Shown: piece by piece, positions 18,106-27,323 of the stretch
Position numbering within the stretch: the first letter of the stretch is position 1
Layout: each line of letters opens with the position of its first letter
Assembly: GCA_051251915.1 (NCBI GenBank)
Contig: JBPOGF010000004.1
Location: forward strand, 128,001 to 192,000
Origin: Akkermansiaceae bacterium
GTDB taxonomy: Bacteria; Verrucomicrobiota; Verrucomicrobiia; Verrucomicrobiales; Akkermansiaceae
DNA length: 64,000 bases
Reading direction: 5' to 3'
The notes under the pieces: generated by a model
Told to the model about the DNA's origin: nothing
Seen by the model: only the letters and a program-made list of their open reading frames with translations
The model's database searches: none
Position numbers and translations under genes: made by a program

Positions 18106-19938
18106 TCAGAGATCTCCAGTATCTGGGGTTGTGATAAACCCGTTGGCAGCAAGAATGTCTTCCCAGCCATCATTATTTAAATCTACTAAACGAGATCCCC
18201 AAGCCCAGCGAGCCATCGTAGCTCCGTACTCCATGCTCACATCCTTGAAGCCTCCATCAGGCGTTGAAAGGAAGAGAGAATTTCCACGCGCGAATCTCTG
18301 AAATCCAGTCAATGCATCTCCAGCATTTCCATTTTGGAACTGTTTCTGGAAAGTGATGCGATTACCAGCAGAAGAAAACATATTACTAACGTATAGATCA
18401 GTGTGTCCATCTCGGTTGAGATCTCCCCAGCTCACTGACATTCCTGAAGACATGTCTTCTACATCTAATTCACCAGCAACATCGACAAATTTTCCCAGGT
18501 CATTACGGTAGAGATTATTACGGCCGTAGTCGTTAGCGACGTAGAGATCAGGGTCACCATCTCGGTCGTAGTCTTCCCAAGCCGCGGCAAAGCTAAAGCG
18601 TGTGTTGTTTTGGCCCTCTAGACCACTTTCTTTAGTGACATCACGGAATTCAAAGGAACCTACATTTTTAAGAAGTGTGTTCTTACCTCCATTGTTAGCA
18701 TCATGAAATGGAGTGGGCGCACCTAGGGCTCCACTTTCTTCTAGATCTTCTTGGGTAGGATTGTATCCACATGCAAAGAGGTCTAAGTCTCCATCAAGAT
18801 CATAATCAGCGGCACTGATGGAAAAGGTCTGAGCTAATAGTGGAAACCTAGCTGCTAGCTCAAATTTTGCATTGCCATCATTACGCATCAACAAGAGCTC
18901 AAACTGCAAAGCTACTACTAGGTCACGGTCTCCATCCTGATCGAGGTCTATCGCTAATGCACTAGGTGAGAAATCTAGCCAATCGACACCGCTACCAACT
19001 GAGGCATCATGAAACGTTCCATCAGATTTACGAAGAAACAGTAGGTTAGGTAGTCCCCCTTGTTGACAGAAGTAAAGGTCTTCTAGGTCATCACCATTGA
19101 GATCAGCAAGGATGAAGCCGACATTAGCCACCACATCTAGCCCTAAATTCTTTGGGATACGTGCTCGCCAATGGTCAGTGGAGTGAAGAAGTTGTTTATC
19201 TAAGCTCACATTCTGGCCTAATGCAGTTCGAGTTTGATCAGAAAAGAGGGCTTTGCCCTCGCCTAAAGGCCGAGTGACGTCTTGGTAGCTGAGTAGCTCT
19301 ATATTAGTTAAAGATGGTTTGCCGTCCTTTAGCAGCCATGTGCACACCCACTCAGCATTTACCTGACGCCGGCCAACGGAGGAAGACTTACCTGCAGCTT
19401 CTACTAAGACATTTGTTAGAGTGGAGCCATCCTGCATCGGCTGGACTTTATAGAGTTTGGTTTTGAGCTTTAGTTTTTCGGCACTATTAAAGGAAGAACG
19501 GAATAGGTGATATGCCTCGGGAAGAGATAGAGAAGCAGGTAAATTTGTAGAACGCTTCCAGCTCCGAACTTTAAATTCATTTTGCTCTATTAGGGTGAGG
19601 TCTTTTTGATTAGGAACAAGAAGTGTGGAAGAAAAAGTGGTGTTGACAAGATTCAAGAAAGCAGAATCATCAGCATGAGGAGATTTCAGGAGATTTCCTA
19701 ATTTGTACAATTGGGCAGAAGCAGCTTCACTAAAGGCTTCTGTGTCCCAGCCATCATCTTGAGGAGCTAATCGATCAAAAACCTCAGCCAAGGGGCCTAC
19801 AAATTCTTTATCACCTAAGCCTGGGGCATCTATGATTTCAGGTTCTTTCGCTAGTTCTTGCTCTGCGGCAGTGGTGTGCTTTGAGGACAGGACTATGGTG
19901 AAAAAGGATAGAGTGAGTGCTAGATTTCTGAAATACAT
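18106..19938 (-). CDS. Exported FG-GAP/VCBS repeat (CRTAC1-like) segment ending at an in-frame TGA
   Basis: Signal peptide; repeats DLNGDDLED, DLDQDGDRD, DYDLDGDLD, DYDRDGDPDLYVAND, DLNRDGHTD, DLNNDGWED. Confidence 0.85.
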   Translation of the reverse strand: MYFRNLALTLSFFTIVLSSKHTTAAEQELAKEPEIIDAPGLGDKEFVGPLAEVFDRLAPQDDGWDTEAFSEAASAQLYKLGNLLKSPHADDSAFLNLVNTTFSSTLLVPNQKDLTLIEQNEFKVRSWKRSTNLPASLSLPEAYHLFRSSFNSAEKLKLKTKLYKVQPMQDGSTLTNVLVEAAGKSSSVGRRQVNAEWVCTWLLKDGKPSLTNIELLSYQDVTRPLGEGKALFSDQTRTALGQNVSLDKQLLHSTDHWRARIPKNLGLDVVANVGFILADLNGDDLEDLYFCQQGGLPNLLFLRKSDGTFHDASVGSGVDWLDFSPSALAIDLDQDGDRDLVVALQFELLLMRNDGNAKFELAARFPLLAQTFSISAADYDLDGDLDLFACGYNPTQEDLEESGALGAPTPFHDANNGGKNTLLKNVGSFEFRDVTKESGLEGQNNTRFSFAAAWEDYDRDGDPDLYVANDYGRNNLYRNDLGKFVDVAGELDVEDMSSGMSVSWGDLNRDGHTDLYVSNMFSSAGNRITFQKQFQNGNAGDALTGFQRFARGNSLFLSTPDGGFKDVSMEYGATMARWAWGSRLVDLNNDGWEDILAANGFITTPDTGDL

Positions 19939-20087
19939 GATGAGTTATAATTACAGTGTCACTTTTTAAAAGGCTCATTAAAAATGATAGATTACGATCC
20001 CTGCCAAATTCGAAGAGCTATTTAAATGACCCAGCTAGGATAAACAATATGGAATGATCAATCTATCACAAAATCAAGATTTGGGCT

Positions 20088-20121
20088 AAAAAAAACGACC
20101 TATCATGTGATAGGTCGTTTT
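20088..20121 (-). terminator. Intrinsic terminator after the PEP-CTERM gene
   Basis: aaaacgacctatca-tg-tgataggtcgtttt perfect stem with A/T tails. Confidence 0.85.
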
Positions 20122-20148
20122 GAGTAAAAATTACTATGATATAATGGT

Positions 20149-20976
20149 TTATTTGCGGCGTCTAAGAACGATGGCTATACCGCCGAGGCCAAGAAGAAGG
20201 CTAGAGCTAGGCTCTGGAATTGCTCCTAGGCTTGTGCCTAGTAAACCAGCTTGGTAGATTTCGTCCACCTCAGTGGCTGACAGAACTCTATTGTACTGAG
20301 CAACATCATCGATGAGACCATCCCACATGCGGTCTGTAGTAGTATTATCAGGATTATTTCCAATCCAGAATTCGCCGCTGTTTAGGTTTCCATCATCAAC
20401 AATACTAGCACCAGCTGTATTGGTTCCACCCAAAACTCCGTCTACGAACAACTGTGTGTCTCCACCCTCAGTAGTTGTAGCCACAATGTGGTGCCAGCTG
20501 CCATCACGAACATTCGCTCCACTGTCAATATCTCCAGTTCCGCCAGCATAACCAGCATTGTCTGTTCTGTTGTATGCTGACAATCTGTAGTCCGCACCCT
20601 CACCTTTACCAAGGATTCCCTGCCAGCGAGTGCCATTATCATCGAAATTAACCCAAAGAGAGATGGTTAGATTTTCGGCATTGAAGTTGACATCAACACT
20701 TTCGGCAGCAGCGAAACGTCCATCCACTCCAACCGTGCGCTCGAAATCGACTGCGCCACCAAATAGTCCGCCTGCGGCGAGTGAAGCTGCACCGGCGGTA
20801 CCGCCAGCAGTCATGTCATCTTCAATGGTGCTAGCGCCTTCAGCGTAGTCACTTGCTGAGTCTTCGCCGTTGCCGTCGAATGACCAATAGTTAACTAGTC
20901 CTGTATGAATGGACGCCGCGTTTGCGCCAAACGAGGCTGCACACAGAAGTGTGGTTGTTATTATGGTTTTTTTCAT
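20149..20976 (-). CDS. LamG/ConA-like domain PEP-CTERM surface protein
   Basis: LVNYWSFDG, TISLWV, WHHIVAT, DGLIDDVAQYNRVLS; C-terminal IPEPSSSLLLGLGGIAIVLRRRK. Confidence 0.9.
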   Translation of the reverse strand: MKKTIITTTLLCAASFGANAASIHTGLVNYWSFDGNGEDSASDYAEGASTIEDDMTAGGTAGAASLAAGGLFGGAVDFERTVGVDGRFAAAESVDVNFNAENLTISLWVNFDDNGTRWQGILGKGEGADYRLSAYNRTDNAGYAGGTGDIDSGANVRDGSWHHIVATTTEGGDTQLFVDGVLGGTNTAGASIVDDGNLNSGEFWIGNNPDNTTTDRMWDGLIDDVAQYNRVLSATEVDEIYQAGLLGTSLGAIPEPSSSLLLGLGGIAIVLRRRK

Positions 20977-21588
20977 ATGTTTGTATTGTTTATATTTTTG
21001 TGTGTTTGTATATTTGACTCAAGAATAATTGGTGACTCAACTGGTTGAGAAAGCGTATGTTTTGAGTGATAATTAGAATAATCTAATAGCAAAATGATGT
21101 CACGATGAAAATTTGAAGTCGTTAGTGTATTTGTAATACAAGTGGTTGTATGGATCGTAATTAAGAAGGAATGTTGCCTATAGTAGTATTCAATTGTCGC
21201 AAAATGAATGGATTATTGTCGTTATTAATTATTGAGGTTGCGTTAATTATTTAACCAAAATATTGTATTAGTGAATAATATACGCAGTAGTCGGGCATAT
21301 TTGCTGTGATTATTGTGATACTTCGTGTTCGAGAATGAAGTATGCGAAGAAGGGTTGGTATTTTTTTTGCGCTTATCGTCCTTCCATTTGATGGATTGTT
21401 GGAAATAGAGGTCTGTGCAGTAGTCGGTGGTTTTTACTCATTTGCCGTTGTGTCAAGGTGCTGGGTTTAGGTTTTTGATGCCCTCGGGGGTGTCAGTCTG
21501 AATGGCGAGGCTGAGTGGAGCTGGATAATGGTTGTGCTGATGGATCTAAAGGCTGGCTTGACCGGCTGGGGTAATTGTTCATAATGGT

Positions 21589-24500
21589 GTGACTCTTATG
21601 ACTCTGAAAAAACTTTATTTATCCCTGCTTATGGGGGTGTTCTCCCTGACTACTTGTGTTGCTTTCTCTGCGGAGAAGCCGAATGTGATTATGATTTATT
21701 ATGATGATATGGGGTATAGTGATATGGGGGCGAATGATACTGGTCAGCCGTCACTGACTCCGAATTTGGATATTCTGGCTGCGGAGTCTCTGCGTTTTAC
21801 GGCTGGGCATTCTTCTGATGGAGTTTGTACGCCTTCGCGCTATTCTTTGCTGACGGGGCGTTATAGTTGGCGGACTTCGCGCAAGACAGGTGTGACTGGT
21901 GGGTATAGTGAGCCTTTGATGCAGGCGGACCGGTTTACTTTTGCGGAGATGTTTAGGACGTTGGGCTATAAGACTGCGATGGTGGGGAAGTGGCATGTGG
22001 GGATGCAGTTCTATAGTCCTGCGGGGCTTCCTGTGGATTTAGCTAATGATACAAATGTCTTAGATGCGGATGATACGACTACGACTGGTGATAAAATTGA
22101 TTTTTCTAAGAAGTTAACTGACACGCCAGCTGAGCGTGGATTTGATTATTTCTTTGGGACATCGGCGTCTTTAGATATGCCTCCTTATGCGTGGATAGAG
22201 AATGATACTGTGTTGTATCAGGGTGGTGTTGTGAGTAACGGGGCTGTGGATTTTAGTTTGGCGACACCTGCGACGAATAGTGATTTACTAGAGGGGGTTA
22301 TTTCGGGTGTTCGGAATGGGGTGTATGATCCTACGTTTGTGATCTCGGATTATCTTCAGGTGCAGGCGGCTAAGGTGGCAGAGATACTTGAGGATAGAGC
22401 AAGTGATGGGGAGCCTTTTTTCATCTATATCCCGATGCCGGCGCCACATACTCCGTGGGCTGTGCAGGCTGCGTTTGATAATAGTGCGAGTTATGCTTAT
22501 GGGAAATATGTGGCGCAGACAGATTTTTATACTGGTGTGATTCTTGATGCCTTGGCTGATCCGGATGGGAACCCTGCGACGGATGATAGTCTGGCGGGGG
22601 ATACGGTGGTGTTTATTTCGAGTGATAATGGACCTGAGAAGAGTGCGCACACGTCGTCTATTGCTGCGGGGAGAGATAGTAATGGGCCGTTTCGTGGGGT
22701 TAAGAGGGATAACTGGGAGGGTGGAACCCGGGTGCCGTTTTTGGTTAGATGGCCGGGGACGGTGGTGCCAGGGACGACTAGTCATGCGTGTTGGCAGGGT
22801 GATTTTTTTGGGACGATGGCGGCTTATTTGGGTTATGATTTTGCAGAGGGTGAGGCTCCTGATGTAGAGAGTTTTCTGCCTGTTTTGTTAGGGAATAGTA
22901 TGCCTGTTGAGCGACGTGCGGGGTTTATTCAGCATTCTCATCTTGGGCAGTTGGCTATTGTTGATGAGGCAGGGGTGTGGAAGTTGATGGATGGAACAGG
23001 TAGTGGTGGATATCCGGACACGTATAATTCTGTGGATGTTCTTGAGTCAGGGGTTGGAGGGACGATTTTTGGTTCGCCAAAGCAGCTTTTTAATTTGCTG
23101 ACTGATCCGGGAGAGACGAACAATCGGCTGGCGAATTCTCCGACTCAAGCGGAGCTGGATAAGGCGGATGAGCTGTATGCGCTGTTGAATGAAATCCGTG
23201 GTGATACTGGCTTCGGGACTGATGGAGATAGCGATGTTCCTCTGCCTGATAATGATCAGGATGGGATGAGTAATTTGTTTGAGAATACTTATGCGGGGTT
23301 GGATCGTGATGATGGATCTGATGTGAATGGGGATTTTGAGCCTGATGGGTTGAGCAATCTGGAGGAGGCGCAAAATGGGTCTAATCCATATGACTCTGAT
23401 TCTGATGATGACCGGCTGGGGGATTATTCTGAGGTGTTTACGTATGGGACGCTTCCTGGGAGTGCTCATTCTGATACGGATTCATTGGAGGATGGTGATG
23501 AGGTGTTGATCTGGGGGACTGATCCGCTGGTTGCTGATACGGATGCTGATGGGGTGGATGATGATGATGAGCTTGCGCTTTTTGCGAATCCGAATAATGC
23601 GAATTCGACTCCGGTGATCAATCCGGTGACTGAGGTTGCATTGGATCCATCTCCTAGTCAGTTGGCGGGGGTGAATGGGACTGTGACGGATCCTGCGGTA
23701 GAGGGTGGTGTGTCTAGTGGCTGGACTAATGCAGGGAATTTATTTGTGCGCTCAAGAACAGCTGGTGGAAACGAGCAGGAGTTGAGAACGCATTTGTTTT
23801 TGAATTTTGATTTATCGGGAGTTAGTGGTGATCTTGTTAGTGCTCGGCTACGGATTCATCAAAAGGATCGTTTGAATACGGCATTTTCTGCCGATCTGCA
23901 ATTAGCGCGTGTTACTGAAAGCTGGGGGACGACTTCTGGTAGTTACCCGGTCTATAGTGAGACGGGGGTGGCGGATGCGTTTGTGTTTGGTAATAATGGG
24001 GATTTTGGAACTGCGACGAATGCTTCTGGCTTTTATAGTGGGACGCCGGGAGTAGTGGGGACTGATGCGGGCTTTGATGTGACGAGTATCGTTCAGGGGT
24101 GGATGGATGGGACGAATTCTAATTTCGGCTTTCGAGTAGCGGTGGATGATTTGTCTTTTTCTGCTGCGTCGTTTTCTGAGTTAGATGATCCGGCTACGGC
24201 GGGGGTGAATGAGAAGCTACAGTTGATCCTTACTGTTAGAGAGCCTGCGGATTCGCTTGATAGTGATGGTGATGGTTTACTGGATACTTATGAGGTCGAT
24301 GTTTATGGGGATTTAACGACAGCGGGTGTTGGTGATTTAGATCTGGATGGATCTAGCAACTTTCTGGAGCAAGCTCTGGGTAGTGATCCGGAGGCGGGAG
24401 GATCTGTTCCTGAGTTAAAGGTTGATGAGACGAATGCGGCGGGAGTTACATTTTCTTTCCATCGTTATTTGGAGGCAGGGTTAGGGTATGAGGTGTTGGT

Positions 24501-24675
24501 TTCTGAAGACCTGTTAGTCTGGGAACCTTATACTAAGTTCTATGTTTATGCGGACCCTGCGCCTGTTAGTGATTTAGGAGGTGACTATGAAAAGGTTCTT
24601 CTTGAGCCTCACTCAGTTTTGCCTGAGAAGTTGTTTTATAGAGTGAAAGTGCATCAGCCTGAGCCTCAGCCGTGA
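21589..24675 (+). CDS. Multidomain arylsulfatase with Asp-rich (TSP3-like) repeats and C-terminal beta-rich domains
   Basis: PNVIMIYYDDMGYSD, CTPSRYSLLTGR, GKWHVG; DSDDDRLGD and DTDADGVDD repeats. Confidence 0.9.
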   Translation: MTLMTLKKLYLSLLMGVFSLTTCVAFSAEKPNVIMIYYDDMGYSDMGANDTGQPSLTPNLDILAAESLRFTAGHSSDGVCTPSRYSLLTGRYSWRTSRKTGVTGGYSEPLMQADRFTFAEMFRTLGYKTAMVGKWHVGMQFYSPAGLPVDLANDTNVLDADDTTTTGDKIDFSKKLTDTPAERGFDYFFGTSASLDMPPYAWIENDTVLYQGGVVSNGAVDFSLATPATNSDLLEGVISGVRNGVYDPTFVISDYLQVQAAKVAEILEDRASDGEPFFIYIPMPAPHTPWAVQAAFDNSASYAYGKYVAQTDFYTGVILDALADPDGNPATDDSLAGDTVVFISSDNGPEKSAHTSSIAAGRDSNGPFRGVKRDNWEGGTRVPFLVRWPGTVVPGTTSHACWQGDFFGTMAAYLGYDFAEGEAPDVESFLPVLLGNSMPVERRAGFIQHSHLGQLAIVDEAGVWKLMDGTGSGGYPDTYNSVDVLESGVGGTIFGSPKQLFNLLTDPGETNNRLANSPTQAELDKADELYALLNEIRGDTGFGTDGDSDVPLPDNDQDGMSNLFENTYAGLDRDDGSDVNGDFEPDGLSNLEEAQNGSNPYDSDSDDDRLGDYSEVFTYGTLPGSAHSDTDSLEDGDEVLIWGTDPLVADTDADGVDDDDELALFANPNNANSTPVINPVTEVALDPSPSQLAGVNGTVTDPAVEGGVSSGWTNAGNLFVRSRTAGGNEQELRTHLFLNFDLSGVSGDLVSARLRIHQKDRLNTAFSADLQLARVTESWGTTSGSYPVYSETGVADAFVFGNNGDFGTATNASGFYSGTPGVVGTDAGFDVTSIVQGWMDGTNSNFGFRVAVDDLSFSAASFSELDDPATAGVNEKLQLILTVREPADSLDSDGDGLLDTYEVDVYGDLTTAGVGDLDLDGSSNFLEQALGSDPEAGGSVPELKVDETNAAGVTFSFHRYLEAGLGYEVLVSEDLLVWEPYTKFYVYADPAPVSDLGGDYEKVLLEPHSVLPEKLFYRVKVHQPEPQP

Positions 24676-26196
24676 TTACTTCTCCGCTTTTTCCTTGGGC
24701 TGCTTTTTCTTGTCTTTCTTTTTATTGGCGTTGATGAGGCGGTCTGGGTTCATTTGCCAGCGTTGTTTGCTGGTGGGTTCTCCGCCGAATTGTTTCCAGT
24801 AGAGAGCTTTCATGGGGTTGATTTTGGGGCCGGTGGCGGTTTCGTTGTCCATGAGTGGTTTGGTTTCTTCCCACCATTGGTCGTAGGTGGCGCGGAGTTT
24901 GGCGACTATTTCTGGGTGGTCTTTGATGATATTTTTACGTTCTCCTACGTCGGTTGTTAGGTCGTAGAGTTCTTTGTTATTAACGAGGGTGTAGCGGTGG
25001 TCCTGGATGGCACATGCGGTGTGTTTCCATTCTTCTGCTTTGCCTTTGTCCCAGCGGCCTACGTGGTGGATGAGGGTGCGGTATTCCCAGTCTAGGTTGG
25101 GTTCATCGAATAGGGGGAGGAGGCTGCGGCCGTCGCCAGCGATTTGTTGTTGAACTTTGTCGGTTAGTTGAGCGCCTGCTATTTTAGCTAGTGTTGGGAA
25201 GATGTCGGTGCCGGAGGTTAGAGCGTCTGTTGACTGGTCTGCGGGGATGTTGCCAGCTGGCCAGCGGAAGAAGCAGGGGACGCGGGTTCCGCCTTGGTAG
25301 GGTCTGCCTTTGCTTCCGCGTCGGTCTGCGTTGTGGATGTGAATGCCTTTGGTTCCGCCGTTGTCTGATGCGAGGAAGATGACGAGGGTGTTGTCGGCAA
25401 TTTTCCATTCGTCTAGTTTGTTGAGGAGTAGGCCGAAGTTGGTGTCGATGTTTTCGATCATGCCGAAGAATTTGGCGATGGTGTCGTTTACTCCTGGTTT
25501 GCCGATGTAGTGCTGGTAGTATTTTTCTGGGAGGACGTAGGGGCTGTGGGCTGCGTTTAGGGAGACGTAGGCGAAGAAGGGTTGATCTTGTTTGCGCTTG
25601 GCGTCCATCCAGGTGATGGATTGTTGGAAGAAGAGGTCTGTGCAGTAGCCGGTGGTTTTTACCCATTTGCCGTTGTGCCAGAGTGCTGGGTTGATGTTGG
25701 TGTTGCCTGGGGCATCTCCGCAGGAGCCGGGGTAGGTCTGGCCGATGCCGCCACCGCCGTGGATGTAGACTTCGTCAAAGCCGCGGCTTTCTGGGCGGTA
25801 TTCTTGTTCGTCTCCGAGGTGCCATTTACCGAAGATGCCGGTGGTGTAGCCTGCGGTCTTTAGCATTTGGGGGAGGGTGAATGTGGTGAGGCTCATGCGC
25901 TCACGTTCGTAGATGGTGTGGGTGACGCCGTTTTTGAACTCGTGGCGGCCGCTCATGAGGGCGGCGCGGGATGGGGCGCAGGTGGGGCTGACGTGAAATT
26001 CTGTGAAGAGGAGGCTTTGTTTTTTGAAGGCATCAACGTTGGGTGTCTTCATGATGGGGTTTCCTAGGCAGGCGTAGTCTCCGTAGCCGACGTCGTCTGG
26101 CATGACGAGGATGATGTTAGGTTTCTTTTGGGGGGCGGAATAAGCTGTTAGAGGAGCTAGTATGAAGCTAGTGATAAGGATGAGTTTTTGTTTCAT
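24676..26196 (-). CDS. Arylsulfatase (Cys-type)
   Basis: PNIILVMPDDVGYGD, CAPSRAALMSGR, GKWHLG; start MKQKL preferred over the track start at 26223. Confidence 0.92.
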   Translation of the reverse strand: MKQKLILITSFILAPLTAYSAPQKKPNIILVMPDDVGYGDYACLGNPIMKTPNVDAFKKQSLLFTEFHVSPTCAPSRAALMSGRHEFKNGVTHTIYERERMSLTTFTLPQMLKTAGYTTGIFGKWHLGDEQEYRPESRGFDEVYIHGGGGIGQTYPGSCGDAPGNTNINPALWHNGKWVKTTGYCTDLFFQQSITWMDAKRKQDQPFFAYVSLNAAHSPYVLPEKYYQHYIGKPGVNDTIAKFFGMIENIDTNFGLLLNKLDEWKIADNTLVIFLASDNGGTKGIHIHNADRRGSKGRPYQGGTRVPCFFRWPAGNIPADQSTDALTSGTDIFPTLAKIAGAQLTDKVQQQIAGDGRSLLPLFDEPNLDWEYRTLIHHVGRWDKGKAEEWKHTACAIQDHRYTLVNNKELYDLTTDVGERKNIIKDHPEIVAKLRATYDQWWEETKPLMDNETATGPKINPMKALYWKQFGGEPTSKQRWQMNPDRLINANKKKDKKKQPKEKAEK

Positions 26197-26249
26197 AGTG
26201 AGTGATTTAAGCTCATTTTCCAAGATGTGTATAGCTCATTTCTAGGCAT

Positions 26250-26285
26250 AAAAATGCCCTCTAGGATGGTGTTCTTAGAGGGCAT
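26250..26285 (-). terminator. Intrinsic terminator after the usp gene
   Basis: atgccctcta...tagagggcat stem with a U-run on the minus strand. Confidence 0.7.
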
Positions 26286-26308
26286 GATGAGTTTGTGTGG
26301 TTAGCTGT

Positions 26309-27196
26309 TTAGTCTTTGAGGAAGCCTAGGAAGTTGCGTTTTGGCTGTGGGGTGCGGGCTGCGAGTACTGGTTTCTCTGAATGAGTGAGTAGGTTCTCAG
26401 TAACGCTTCCTAATAGCCAGGATTTGAGTGCGTTCTTGCCTTTGCAGCTGATGATGATGAGGTCTGATTGGAGCAGGATGGCTGCTGCTTCTATGGCGGT
26501 GTAAACATATCGGTTGTAGTAATTATGCGTATGCACTTCTAGACCGTTTAGCTTTGATCCTTCGAGGTATTCAAGATGCTTTTTCTCCGCGAAGTCTGAT
26601 GCCATTTCTCTTTGGGTGGACTCTGGTAAGGTGACTTTACGTGATCCGCGGCCGAGGCTATAGACGTGGACGCTGTCGATTTCTGTAAGTTCGTTAGTAT
26701 TTGCTACCTGGACACCTAGTTCTAAGGCTTCGCGGGCGTGGTCTGAGAAATCTGTTGTTACCATTAGTTTCTTTAAAATGGGGCTACAGCCTTCAGGTAT
26801 GGACATCACAGAGCATGCTGAGTGACGAGCTACGCGGACGGGCATAGACGTTTCAAAAGAGCTTTTGCCAATAACGATGAGGTCACTTTGCTGCTCATCT
26901 GCGGCTTCCATGAGAGCGATGAAGCTGCTTTTGGCTCCGGCGACTTTGTAGCGGTAGATGTCTGATGTTGGGGTGACTGCGTGGTCTGCAATGAGGCCGT
27001 GCATTTCTTCTAGCAATTCTTGGTCAGTAGATAAACCGCTTTGTAGAGGCTCTGGGACTGCATCATCTTCGTAAGGGTGTACAAAGAGGACTTCTGTTGC
27101 GTCGGTAGACTTTGCGATGGAAGATGCCCAGGCGATGGTGTCCTTGTCTGTGTTGTCGAGTGCTAGGGGGACTATGATTTTTTTGTAATCTTGCAT
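26309..27196 (-). CDS. Tandem-domain universal stress protein
   Basis: KKIIVPL...DLIVIGKS; LMVTTDFS...DLIIISCKG..LLGSVTENLL. Confidence 0.88.
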   Translation of the reverse strand: MQDYKKIIVPLALDNTDKDTIAWASSIAKSTDATEVLFVHPYEDDAVPEPLQSGLSTDQELLEEMHGLIADHAVTPTSDIYRYKVAGAKSSFIALMEAADEQQSDLIVIGKSSFETSMPVRVARHSACSVMSIPEGCSPILKKLMVTTDFSDHAREALELGVQVANTNELTEIDSVHVYSLGRGSRKVTLPESTQREMASDFAEKKHLEYLEGSKLNGLEVHTHNYYNRYVYTAIEAAAILLQSDLIIISCKGKNALKSWLLGSVTENLLTHSEKPVLAARTPQPKRNFLGFLKD

Positions 27197-27323
27197 CGTT
27201 TTAATATAGTAGACTTGTTATCTATTATTCTGCGCATATTTTTCATTGTCATGTGAAATATATGCGCAATTGGAATCATGTATTGCGATGATTTGATGCA
27301 TGTGGAGGGGAGGCTGCGTATGT

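Noticed and set aside
20977..21588. ncRNA or small gene in the 600-bp divergent intergenic region
   Set aside because: Only short palindromes (e.g. ctcaactggttgag) in AT-rich DNA; no convincing ORF or extended structure.
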